Assembly (NCBI GenBank): GCA_017461465.1
Contig: JAFTYN010000152.1
Span: 1-49,237, forward strand
Origin: Bacilli bacterium
GTDB taxonomy: Bacteria; Bacillota_I; Bacilli_A; RF39; UBA660
Direction of reading: 5' to 3'
Length of the DNA stretch: 49,237 nucleotides
A program made the translations under genes and the position numbers. This document shows positions 35,083 to 43,451 of the stretch, in pieces; positions within the stretch are counted from its first letter, which is position 1, and each line of letters begins with the position of its first letter. The notes under the pieces are model-generated. The model was not told the DNA's origin, made no database searches, and worked only from the letters and a program-made list of their open reading frames with translations.

Positions 35083-35883
35083 CTATATTATTGAAATAAA
35101 AAACATAAAACCAAGTAATACAAATATTATACTGTCAATTCTATCAAGTACTCCACCATGTCCAGGTATTAAATTAGAAAAATCTTTTTTACCATAATAT
35201 CTTTTAATAGCTGAGAAGAATAAATCACCAAATTGACCTAATAAAGATAAGAATGTACTAGCTAAAACAACATAAAGTACTGGAGTAGTTTGACTAATTA
35301 CAGTTACATAAAACATAGTACTTACAAATACTCCAAAGAATGTTCCACCTATTGTACCTTCCCAAGTTTTTTTAGGAGAAATATCTTCAAGAAGTTTATT
35401 TCTTCCAATTAACATTCCAGTTAAATAAGCAAATGTATCAGTGATAATTGGAATTAATACAACATAAATAAACTTCATTAAACTATATTCTCTAATATTA
35501 ATAAGTAGTACCATTGATAATGCTAAGAAAAATACTCCGCCTATTAAATAAAATGCATCATTAATACTATATTTTTCTCTATCATGGTATAAAATTGTTG
35601 GTACTAAAAAAGTTAGGAATAAGCCACTTATAATTCTATAATCCATTTGAAACGAAAGCATTGGTCCAGATATATTAACACCAATAAATAATACTAAAAA
35701 TATATAAGAAATTACTTTAATAAAAGTTGGAATTCTCTTTTTAGTTTCTTTTATATCCATAAATTCTTTTAAACATAACATTGCTACAGTAAATACCGCT
35801 ATTGAAAAAGGTAAGTTACCATAAATAACAGCAGGCACTACTATAAGTAACATTATTATTGAACTAATTAGTCTTGTCTTCAT
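35083..35883 (-). CDS. cdsA: phosphatidate cytidylyltransferase
   Basis: SPKKTWEGTIGG and GDLFFSAIKR...GHGGVLDRIDS signature. Preferred start MKTRLISS at 35883 (GGAGG lies 8 nt upstream), overlapping the uppS 3' end by 20 nt. Confidence 0.88.
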   Translation of the reverse strand: MKTRLISSIIMLLIVVPAVIYGNLPFSIAVFTVAMLCLKEFMDIKETKKRIPTFIKVISYIFLVLFIGVNISGPMLSFQMDYRIISGLFLTFLVPTILYHDREKYSINDAFYLIGGVFFLALSMVLLINIREYSLMKFIYVVLIPIITDTFAYLTGMLIGRNKLLEDISPKKTWEGTIGGTFFGVFVSTMFYVTVISQTTPVLYVVLASTFLSLLGQFGDLFFSAIKRYYGKKDFSNLIPGHGGVLDRIDSIIFVLLGFMFFISII

Positions 35884-36589
35884 ACTTAATACCTCCAAAA
35901 CGTCTATCACGATTATTATATTTTAAAATCGCTAAGTCAAAGTCATCTTTAGTAAATGCTGGAAAGTAAGTTTCTGGAAAATAAAATTCTGCATATGAGC
36001 ATTGCCACAATAAGAAATTTGACAATCTTTGTTCTCCACTTGTTCTAATCATTAAATCTACTGGTGGTAAATCTTGATATAAATACTTACTAAAACTTTC
36101 TATATCTAGTGTATCTACATCAACACCTTCTTTAACAATCCTTTTAACAGCATCTACAATCTCTGCTTGTCCACCGTAATTTAAACAAAAATTAATAATA
36201 CCTCCTGTATTATTTTTAGTTTTTTCAGTCATTTCTTCCATCATTTTTAATACTTTTTCAGGAAGTGGCTTTTTTCTTCCTGAGAAAACAACTTTAATAT
36301 TTTGTTTATTATATAATGTACTATAATTTTTAAATTTAATCGCAAATAAATCCATTAAATAATTTACTTCTTCTTCGCTTCTTTTGAAATTTTCTGTTGA
36401 AAATACATATAGACTTAATACTTTAACACCTTTTTCAAAAGCATATGAAGCTATTTTTTCAATATTATCTGCGCCAGCTTTGTGGCCCATACTACGAGAT
36501 AAGCCTTGTTCTTTAGCCCATCTACCATTACCATCTACAATAATTCCGATATGAACCGGAATTTTTAAGTCTTCACTAACCATTTTCAT
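35864..36589 (-). CDS. uppS: isoprenyl transferase (undecaprenyl-diphosphate synthase)
   Basis: HIGIIVDGNGRWA, FSTENFKR, IRTSGEQRLSNFLLWQ and RRFGG. Confidence 0.9.
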   Translation of the reverse strand: MKMVSEDLKIPVHIGIIVDGNGRWAKEQGLSRSMGHKAGADNIEKIASYAFEKGVKVLSLYVFSTENFKRSEEEVNYLMDLFAIKFKNYSTLYNKQNIKVVFSGRKKPLPEKVLKMMEEMTEKTKNNTGGIINFCLNYGGQAEIVDAVKRIVKEGVDVDTLDIESFSKYLYQDLPPVDLMIRTSGEQRLSNFLLWQCSYAEFYFPETYFPAFTKDDFDLAILKYNNRDRRFGGIKYEDKTN

Positions 36590-36635
36590 ACCTCAATCCT
36601 ACATATACATTATAATATAAAATAAGGTAAAGTAC

Positions 36636-36668
36636 AAGAAAAAGGATTACCTAAATAAGGTAATCCTT
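36636..36668 (-). terminator. rho-independent terminator after rpsP-khpA
   Basis: Perfect 9-bp stem AGGATTACC/GGTAATCCT (36643..36667) followed on the minus strand by TTTTTCTT. Confidence 0.65.
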
Positions 36669-36692
36669 TGTAAAAAAAAGAAGTATTAACTT

Positions 36693-36938
36693 CTAAAATG
36701 AATCTATATCGATTCTTACACGTTTTTGACCAGTAGCATATGCTGATGCTTGTACTAAAGTTCTTATAGCTTTTGCTATATTCCCTTTTCTTCCGATTAC
36801 AGCACCCATATCATTATTGTCAACTAAAACTTGTATAACAGATTCACCATTTTCATCTGCTAATTGTTTTACTGATACCATTTCTGGTTCTTTAACTAAA
36901 CTTTTAACTAAAAATTCTGTTAATTCTACTATACTCAT
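36693..36938 (-). CDS. khpA: KH-domain RNA-binding protein (KhpA/YlqC family)
   Basis: 81 aa with GAVIGRKGNIAKAIRTL (GxxG KH motif). It lies directly downstream of rpsP, as in other Bacillota. Confidence 0.8.
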   Translation of the reverse strand: MSIVELTEFLVKSLVKEPEMVSVKQLADENGESVIQVLVDNNDMGAVIGRKGNIAKAIRTLVQASAYATGQKRVRIDIDSF

Positions 36939-36940
36939 AA

Positions 36941-37216
36941 TTATTTACTTTCTTTTTTTGAATTGTGGAATTTTTCCATGATTCCTTGACTTCTAAATAA
37001 ATCTCTTACAGTATCAGTTGGAATAGCTCCATCAGCAAGCCATTTCATAGCTTTTTCTTCATCTATTTTAATTTCTGCTGGTTCTGTAATTGGATTATAT
37101 GTACCAACAACTTCGATGAAACGTCCATCTCTTGGACTTCTTGAATCAGCTGCTACAACACGATAAAATGGTTTTTTCTTTGAACCCATTCTTTTAAGTC
37201 TTAATTTTACTGCCAT
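36941..37216 (-). CDS. rpsP: 30S ribosomal protein S16
   Basis: [35 protein letters not shown]...GTYNP. Confidence 0.95.
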   Translation of the reverse strand: MAVKLRLKRMGSKKKPFYRVVAADSRSPRDGRFIEVVGTYNPITEPAEIKIDEEKAMKWLADGAIPTDTVRDLFRSQGIMEKFHNSKKESK

Positions 37217-37242
37217 CTAGTTCCCTCCATTCACTGTTATTA

Positions 37243-37271
37243 ATTCTAACATATAAAAAAAACAGTGTCAA
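37243..37271 (-). promoter_or_regulatory. sigma-A type promoter of rpsP
   Basis: Minus strand reads TTGACA-17 nt-TAGAAT. The -35 hexamer is the 3' arm of the cotE terminator. RBS is GGAGGG. Confidence 0.55.
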
Positions 37272-37290
37272 CGATTTTTTGTTGACATTT
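37253..37290 (-). terminator. rho-independent terminator after cotE
   Basis: Minus strand reads TGTCAAC-AAAAAATC-GTTGACA followed by CTGTTTTTTTT. Confidence 0.55.
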
Positions 37291-37298
37291 TGTTTTTT

Positions 37299-37847
37299 TT
37301 AATTATTTTCTTTTATTTCTTCTAAATACTCTAAATTTATGCTTTCATCTATCTCTTTTAAAGCTTCATCATCTATATCATCATATATTTCATCCCATGG
37401 TTCTTCGTCATCTTCAATAGCAATTTTCATCTTGGTTTCTCCAACTATTTCTACACCAAGTTCTTTTTCTATATCAAAACTAACTATACCATTATTAACT
37501 TTTACTCCCAAACAAGAAGGCTGTTTTAATGCTCTTACTATTATATCAGTATCACCAGATAAATCTGCATCTTCTCTAACTTTCACATTAAATAAATCAT
37601 TATATTTAATATTTTTATTTATTACAGCCGTTTTCGAATCATTTTCATAGCTATACCAAATATTTACATCAAATGAGCCATCTACCCCTATTTTTTCACC
37701 TGTTTTATATCCTTTAAATTTATGATTAATAACCCAGCATCCAAGAACATTAGTTACACCTGAAGCTTCTACTGAATAATTATTTTTAAAATATTTTTTT
37801 CCTTTCCCAATAATAGCTTTAGTAACAATTTCTTTAAATGAAGACAT
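37299..37847 (-). CDS. cotE: outer spore coat morphogenetic protein CotE
   Basis: It appears collinear with B. subtilis CotE as I recall it: FKEIVTKAIIGKGKKYF, LGCWVINHKF, FDVNIWYSY.NDSKT, ALKQPSCL and EIVGETK, with an acidic C-terminal tail. Confidence 0.8.
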   Translation of the reverse strand: MSSFKEIVTKAIIGKGKKYFKNNYSVEASGVTNVLGCWVINHKFKGYKTGEKIGVDGSFDVNIWYSYENDSKTAVINKNIKYNDLFNVKVREDADLSGDTDIIVRALKQPSCLGVKVNNGIVSFDIEKELGVEIVGETKMKIAIEDDEEPWDEIYDDIDDEALKEIDESINLEYLEEIKENN

Positions 37848-37899
37848 ACTTTCACCTCTTACATTAATTTATGCAATTAATTTATAAAAAGTGATAATA

Positions 37900-38772
37900 T
37901 TAAATAATTGTTTTTACTTTTTCGATTCCTTCATCAAAATGATGTGATTTTCTAACGTTATATATTCCTAATTCTTCTAGTAACTCCAAAGTAGTTAGTT
38001 CGTGCATTAATACACATCTTACTAAATAAAGTATTCTATTTGGATTAGTTTGATACATATTAAATAATATTAAAGCATAATAGAAACTTAACTGATAAAC
38101 ACTTCTTTCCATTATAGCCATATCTATATATTTTTTTTCACTTTGTGGCGCTATACCTTTTAAATTAGATAGTCTTAATATTTCTTTACCACTTTCTTTT
38201 AATTGGGATAAACGCCAAGATAAAATATCTTTAGAAAGATACTCTATATCTTCAGACATAAGTAATTCATAAAATATTGGTATTACCTCAATTAAGGTAT
38301 AACATAATAAAAATTCTTCAGGATTAGTATCTTTTAACAAATGAATTTCTTCATGCCCTAAAAAGACTTCATCACAATTATTACTCTTTGTTGGATATAT
38401 AATTGATCCTGGAGTACATTTATAATCAAGAGTTCTTAAGTTAGCACTTGGAAAAAGTATTTCATTTTGCCAGCCGCCTTCTTTAGCCTCTTTTATAGAT
38501 ATTATTCTAATTAAGTCCTCTACTCTTTCAGTAATATCATATCCAAATATACTAATATCAGCTAAACTTAAATTAAATATTCTACTTAAGTAATTTATAT
38601 CAATGTCAGTACTTTGTTGTTCTTTTTTAGTAACACTTATTGTGCCTAGTTTTTCTATTACGTCCTTAACTATTACTCTATCACTATTTTTAAGAACATC
38701 TAAATCAAATGTTTTTAATTCTTTAATTTTTCTATCATAATACTTTTTTCCGTCTTCATTAAATATAGCCAT
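37900..38772 (-). CDS. hypothetical protein with HExxH motif (possible zinc metallopeptidase)
   Basis: 290 aa containing FLGHEEIHLL. No signal peptide. Its own canonical promoter lies upstream. Confidence 0.4.
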   Translation of the reverse strand: MAIFNEDGKKYYDRKIKELKTFDLDVLKNSDRVIVKDVIEKLGTISVTKKEQQSTDIDINYLSRIFNLSLADISIFGYDITERVEDLIRIISIKEAKEGGWQNEILFPSANLRTLDYKCTPGSIIYPTKSNNCDEVFLGHEEIHLLKDTNPEEFLLCYTLIEVIPIFYELLMSEDIEYLSKDILSWRLSQLKESGKEILRLSNLKGIAPQSEKKYIDMAIMERSVYQLSFYYALILFNMYQTNPNRILYLVRCVLMHELTTLELLEELGIYNVRKSHHFDEGIEKVKTII

Positions 38773-38792
38773 AATATCACCTAATCGTCATT

Positions 38793-38821
38793 ATTATATT
38801 AGAGTATTATTATACTGTCAA
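38793..38821 (-). promoter_or_regulatory. consensus sigma-A promoter for 37900..38772
   Basis: Minus strand reads TTGACA-17 nt-TATAAT (TTGACAGTATAATAATACTCTAATATAAT). RBS AGGTGA lies downstream. Confidence 0.6.
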
Positions 38822-38959
38822 ATTAATCCTTTTTATCTAATCTAAAAGGATAAATATAACTTAAATTTTCATTATAATATTTATCTTTCAAAACTAGTTA
38901 TTTCGATTTTATTCATATTTATTTTCTCACACATTTATATTTAACCTTATTATATCTAA

Positions 38960-38990
38960 GAAAAAAGTATTAATCAAATAATTAATACCT
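38960..38990 (-). terminator. rho-independent terminator after GDPD gene, overlapping its stop
   Basis: Minus strand reads GTATTAAT-TATTTG-ATTAATAC followed by TTTTTTC. Confidence 0.5.
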
Positions 38991-39917
38991 TCTTTCTTTT
39001 TGTTTTACTCTACTTTTAGCACTATAACATAATATATCTGGATTATCAGTAATATAATTTACTTCATCAGCATAACTGCCTAATTCATCAGTAATTTTCT
39101 TAAAAGTATGTGGACTATTAATAGTCCATAATGAAACTTCTTTACCGTCTTCTAAAATAGAAATTACCATATCACTATCTATAATAGTATGCTTAAGGCC
39201 ATAAGCATCAAAATCCTCATCAAGATATTTTAAATTGCTTTTATCTTTTATTATTAACTGATACGTATATTCTGGATATTCTTCCATCATCCTTTTTAAT
39301 TCTTTATATTCAAATGCTTGAATAATAAACTTTTTTTGAGGATATTTTTTAAGCACATCCACTACTTTTTGAGATAATTTTTCATAGTTATTTTCAAACT
39401 TAAGTTCTATAAATAATGTTTTTTCGGGTGATAAAATTTCTAAAGTTTCATCTAGTGAAGTAATTGTTCCTGTCTTATTTTCTAATCTTTTTATTTTAAC
39501 TTTATTTTCTAAATTAAATAAAGTTTCAAAACTATAATTAGACTTTCTTGGTAATAAGGTAACCTGTGATAATTCACTATAAGTACTACTACTTACTTTT
39601 AAATTACTATCACTTATTTTAGATAGATTGTCGTCATGTGATAACACTAAATTTTCATCACTAGTTAATCTTACATCTACTTCTATAGCACTTGCACAAG
39701 GTAAGTTATTAGCGCTTACTATAGCTTCTTTACTATTTTCTACCTCAAAAGAAGAAAAACCTCTATGCGCAACAAATTTATAATCTGGATCATGTGACTC
39801 TATAGTATGTGATTCTAATACTTTAACATAATCGTCATTTTTATTTAATGCTATCGAACCTAATAATGTAGTAGATAAAATAGCCGCAAACACTCTAACA
39901 CCTTTTTTATTTTTCAT
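38982..39917 (-). CDS. glycerophosphodiester phosphodiesterase family protein, exported or membrane-anchored
   Basis: VAHRGFSSFEVENS and EVDVRLTSDENLVLSHD (GDPD motifs). Preferred start MKNKKGVRVFAAIL at 39917 (GGTGGTGA RBS). The N-terminal segment is hydrophobic. Confidence 0.75.
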   Translation of the reverse strand: MKNKKGVRVFAAILSTTLLGSIALNKNDDYVKVLESHTIESHDPDYKFVAHRGFSSFEVENSKEAIVSANNLPCASAIEVDVRLTSDENLVLSHDDNLSKISDSNLKVSSSTYSELSQVTLLPRKSNYSFETLFNLENKVKIKRLENKTGTITSLDETLEILSPEKTLFIELKFENNYEKLSQKVVDVLKKYPQKKFIIQAFEYKELKRMMEEYPEYTYQLIIKDKSNLKYLDEDFDAYGLKHTIIDSDMVISILEDGKEVSLWTINSPHTFKKITDELGSYADEVNYITDNPDILCYSAKSRVKQKERRY

Positions 39918-39987
39918 ACTATCACCACCCAAAAAAATATTATTTAAGTTTAACATATCAAAATTAATTAGTAAAGTAATTTTTTTA

Positions 39988-40016
39988 TTGATTTAAAAAA
40001 CTTAATATGTTATAAC
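39988..40016 (+). promoter_or_regulatory. sigma-A type promoter of gmk
   Basis: TTGATT-17 nt-TATAAC with TG at -15/-14. RBS AAAGGTGGTG precedes ATG 40037. Confidence 0.45.
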
Positions 40017-40036
40017 ATATAAAAGGTGGTGCAAGT

Positions 40037-40693
40037 ATGAGCATTATTAAAACTAAATCTAGAGGGATTTTAATAGTAATATCAGGTCCTTCTGGAGCTG
40101 GTAAAGGAACAATTTGTGAAAGACTAAAAGAACAAAATAAAAACATATGGTTATCTACATCAATGACTACTAGAGAGCCACGAGGTAATGAAAAAAATGG
40201 TGTAGAATACTTCTTTGTTACTGAAGAAGAATTTAAAAAGAAGATAGAAGAAGAAGGATTTTTAGAATATGCAATTGTACATAACAATAAATATTATGGA
40301 ACTCCAAAAGATAAAATAGCAGATAAATTAAATGAAGGAAAAGATGTTATATTAGAAATAGATATTCAAGGAGCATTAGAGATTCAAGAAAAAATTAATG
40401 ATGCATTATTTATTTTTATTATGCCTCCTTCTATGGAAATATTAAAAGATAGACTTATGAAACGTAATACAGAGTCTGAAGATAAAGTTCTTGAAAGATT
40501 TAAAACAGCATATAAAGAAATAAATGAAGTTACTAAATATAATTATGTTGTTATAAATGATAGAATTGATGTTGCGACAAGTAAAGTTGAAGCTATTATA
40601 ACTGCAGAAAAATGCCGTGTAGATCGTATTGAAGAAGTTGATCTAGATAGTAAAGAAGAAGTTATCCATGAAACTTTAACTGATTTAATATAA
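40037..40693 (+). CDS. gmk: guanylate kinase
   Basis: GPSGAGKGT P-loop, TTREPRGNE.NGVEYFF and YGT motifs. Confidence 0.9.
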   Translation: MSIIKTKSRGILIVISGPSGAGKGTICERLKEQNKNIWLSTSMTTREPRGNEKNGVEYFFVTEEEFKKKIEEEGFLEYAIVHNNKYYGTPKDKIADKLNEGKDVILEIDIQGALEIQEKINDALFIFIMPPSMEILKDRLMKRNTESEDKVLERFKTAYKEINEVTKYNYVVINDRIDVATSKVEAIITAEKCRVDRIEEVDLDSKEEVIHETLTDLI

Positions 40694-40716
40694 ACTCTAA
40701 TTATTAGAGTTTTTTA
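40693..40716 (+). terminator. rho-independent terminator after gmk
   Basis: AACTCTAA-TTA-TTAGAGTT followed by TTTTT. Confidence 0.55.
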
Positions 40717-40742
40717 TGATATAATTCTAAATGGAGGTATTT

Positions 40743-41162
40743 ATGAATCTAGATGAAATGACTAAAAGTGAAGTTTTAGAGTATGTTAATAATGCAAATA
40801 CTGGTTTTATCAAATATAATAATATTAAGTTAATTGATTATGATAAAGAAAGTGCAACTATGGAAGTTAATATTACTGAAAATTCTTTAAATCCATATGG
40901 GATAGTTCATGGCGGTTTAATCTTTACATTAGCAGATACTTCTATGGGTGTTATTACTAGAGCAACTGGAAAAATAGCAGTGACTCTTAATTCTCAAATT
41001 AACTATTTACTTCCAGCAAAAGGTCCTAAGTTAATTTCCAAAGCTAAAGCTATAAAGATAGGAAGAACTACTGCTCTATTAACAACTGAAATCTTTGATG
41101 ACCAAAATAATTTAATTGCTAGTAGTAATGCAACTTATTATTTTTTAAATGAAAAAAAGTAG
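40743..41162 (+). CDS. PaaI-family hotdog-fold thioesterase
   Basis: NPYGIVHGGLIFTLADTSMG motif. Preferred start MNLDEM at 40743 (GGAGG lies 5 nt upstream). Confidence 0.75.
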   Translation: MNLDEMTKSEVLEYVNNANTGFIKYNNIKLIDYDKESATMEVNITENSLNPYGIVHGGLIFTLADTSMGVITRATGKIAVTLNSQINYLLPAKGPKLISKAKAIKIGRTTALLTTEIFDDQNNLIASSNATYYFLNEKK

Positions 41163-41184
41163 ACTTTATAGTCTACTTTTTTAT
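41152..41184. terminator. bidirectional terminator between convergent thioesterase and SDR genes
   Basis: AAAAAA-AGTAGACT-TTAT-AGTCTACT-TTTTT. Confidence 0.6.
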
Positions 41185-41928
41185 TTAGCACATTCCTGCT
41201 CCATCTACTGACAAAATAGCTCCTGTTATAAAACTTGCACTATCACTTGCTAGAAAAGCAAATGCATTTGCAATATCTTCAGGTTCTCCCATTCTTCCTA
41301 GTGGTATTTGAGCACATACCATTTTTACCATTTCTTCTGGAAGCGCTGCTACCATATCAGTTCTAATTACACCAGGTGCTACTGCATTTACCCTGATATT
41401 ATCTTTTCCAAGTTCTCTTGCTAAAGATTTAGTCATACCATTAACAGCAAATTTACTAGTTGGATAACCAACACCTGAAGGTTGACCATAAATACTAACC
41501 ATAGAACTAGTATTTAAAATAACTCCTCCACCATTTTCTTTCATATATGGTGCTACGACTTTAGAACAGTTAAATACAGCTTTGATATTTAAATCAATAA
41601 TATTATCAAATGCTTCACTAGTATAGTCATATAAACTTTCTCTAGCAGATATACCAGCATTATTAACAAGTATATCTATTTTACCATATTCTTTTATAAT
41701 GCTATCAAATGCTTCTTCAACACTTTTAATATCACTTAAATCAGGATATAATCCAGTTACTTCGTAATCATTATTTTCATTTTTTAATGATTCTAAAGCT
41801 TTAGCAACACTAGATTCTTTTGAACCAAAAAGTACTACTTTTGCCCCTTCATCTAAAAACTTTTTAACAGTAGCATAACCAATTCCTCTAGTTCCACCAG
41901 TTACTACTGCAACTTTACCATTTAACAT
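41185..41928 (-). CDS. short-chain dehydrogenase/reductase (FabG-like 3-oxoacyl reductase family)
   Basis: TGGTRGIG cofactor motif, NNAG, and the catalytic S...YPTSK. Confidence 0.75.
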   Translation of the reverse strand: MLNGKVAVVTGGTRGIGYATVKKFLDEGAKVVLFGSKESSVAKALESLKNENNDYEVTGLYPDLSDIKSVEEAFDSIIKEYGKIDILVNNAGISARESLYDYTSEAFDNIIDLNIKAVFNCSKVVAPYMKENGGGVILNTSSMVSIYGQPSGVGYPTSKFAVNGMTKSLARELGKDNIRVNAVAPGVIRTDMVAALPEEMVKMVCAQIPLGRMGEPEDIANAFAFLASDSASFITGAILSVDGAGMC

Positions 41929-42028
41929 TTAATCATCTCCTACCTTCAAAATAATAATATCACAAACTACACTCAGTGTCATTATTAAATTGTAAACTTT
42001 TACAGATATTAATAGCATTTTTATTTAG

Positions 42029-42057
42029 GAAAAAATAAAAACGGCCTAAGCCGTTTT
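42029..42057 (-). terminator. rho-independent terminator after tRNA-Arg(UCU)
   Basis: Minus strand reads AAACGGC-TTAG-GCCGTTT followed by TTATTTTTT. Confidence 0.6.
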
Positions 42058-42065
42058 ATATCAAA

Positions 42066-42142
<77 letters not shown>

Positions 42143-42184
42143 AACTTGCTCACTTGAACAAGTTAAATTATACTACAACTCTTT

Positions 42185-43135
42185 TTAGTTTTCAACCCCT
42201 TTTTTACAAATTTCCTCATTATTGTTAGTAAAAACTACTTCTTTTACATCGTAAGCATCAAAAACAGATAAACTTATACTATAAGTTACTTCCTCTAAAA
42301 TGGTCTTTTCTGTCATGTCATTAAATATGGCATCATTAAATTCTAATGTTAATATTTCATTATTATTGAAATTTGATAATAGTTTAGTTTCTTTATCTAA
42401 AAAACTCATTAAATCACTAGTATAAAGTTTACTACTAGCAAGTTCTTCAATAATTATTTCTATTTTTTCTCTTTTATCATTAAAAAATTTAGTAACTGGA
42501 ACATAATAATAATTATCATTATATTCATCTATATAATATATAGTTAGATTTGTAATATCCTTAGTAGTAACTAAATCATATATTTTATTTATTCCATAAT
42601 CCCTATCTAATATACTCGGAAGAATCTTACCTGATATAGGAAGTTTAGTTAAAATTTTACCATCTATAAAAATAATTATTTTGTTTATTTCTTTTATGCT
42701 AGTAAGTGAATATATTAGTGACTCAATTATTTTATCTTCATATTCCTTATTAATATCTTCAAATAAATTACTGGATAAATCTATTTTTAATATGTCATCT
42801 TCTAATATTAAATTATTTATCTTAGTTTCACTAGGTAGAATACTTCTAAATCCCGATGGTATTTTACTTTCATATTTACCATCTTTTATTAGTATTTCTA
42901 TTATTTCTCTTGCTATATCTATTATTTTTTCATTTTCGATAGCAATATTAGTTAGAGCTATTCTATTATTACTATCAAGTAAAAAAATGTCATGAAGTTT
43001 AACTTCACTACTAGTATATATTATTTTTGTTTTATAACTTAATTCTTTATTGTCAGGCATAAAATATAATAATACTAAAGTAAAACTTATGCACATCAAA
43101 ACAATTAACTTTTTTATTACTATTTTTTTTATCAT
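42185..43135 (-). CDS. gerM: GerM-like (GerMN-domain) sporulation/germination protein
   Basis: N-terminal membrane anchor, then two segments with the GerMN pattern (LILEDDILKIDLSSNLFED...IIESLIYSLTSIKEINKIIIFIDGK and EILTLEFNDAIFND...EEVTYSISLSVFD...VKEVVFT). Preferred start MIKKIVIKK at 43135 (GAGGTG RBS). Confidence 0.55.
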   Translation of the reverse strand: MIKKIVIKKLIVLMCISFTLVLLYFMPDNKELSYKTKIIYTSSEVKLHDIFLLDSNNRIALTNIAIENEKIIDIAREIIEILIKDGKYESKIPSGFRSILPSETKINNLILEDDILKIDLSSNLFEDINKEYEDKIIESLIYSLTSIKEINKIIIFIDGKILTKLPISGKILPSILDRDYGINKIYDLVTTKDITNLTIYYIDEYNDNYYYVPVTKFFNDKREKIEIIIEELASSKLYTSDLMSFLDKETKLLSNFNNNEILTLEFNDAIFNDMTEKTILEEVTYSISLSVFDAYDVKEVVFTNNNEEICKKGVEN

Positions 43136-43181
43136 ATACACCTCTAATAAAGTATATAAAATAAATCGCAATATATGCGAT

Positions 43182-43385
43182 TTATAATGATATTTCATTT
43201 AATTTTAATAGTTCTACTACTGCAGATGCTCTACCTTTTACACCTAGTTTTTGCATTGCATTTGAAATATGATTTCTTACAGTTTTTTCACTTATATCTA
43301 GAATTTTAGCAATTTCACATGTTGTTTTATTAGTAATAAGTAAATCAAATACTTCTTTTTCTCTTTTAGTAAGTATTCCTTTCAT
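43182..43385 (-). CDS. gerE: LuxR-type HTH sporulation regulator GerE
   Basis: 67 aa. LTKREKEVFDLLITNKTTCEIAKILDISEKTVRNHISNAMQKLGVKGRASAVVELLKL appears near-collinear with B. subtilis GerE as I recall it. Confidence 0.8.
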   Translation of the reverse strand: MKGILTKREKEVFDLLITNKTTCEIAKILDISEKTVRNHISNAMQKLGVKGRASAVVELLKLNEISL

Positions 43386-43412
43386 TTTTCCTCCACCTAT
43401 CTAATCTCATAT

Positions 43413-43439
43413 TATATTATGAAATAAAAAGATATTGGT
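43413..43439 (-). promoter_or_regulatory. candidate sigma-K-type promoter of gerE
   Basis: Minus strand reads AC-16 nt-CATAATATA, matching the sigma-K consensus AC-N16/17-CATAnnnTA. It lies about 25 nt upstream of RBS GGTGGAGG. Confidence 0.35.
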
Positions 43440-43451
43440 GTAAGTATTTAC

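Noticed and set aside
39985-40287. The 100-aa minus-strand ORF overlaps the gmk 5' region. Similar plus-strand ORFs lie at 1172..1414, 2371..2568, 18673..19104, 19519..19818, 22913..23119, 32833..33015, 37339..37650, 42681..42995 and 48094..48369.
   Set aside because: All lie antisense to strongly supported conserved genes. They have low-complexity Ser/Ile/Phe/Leu-rich translations typical of the reverse frame of AT-rich genes, and they lack RBSs. I treat them as spurious.
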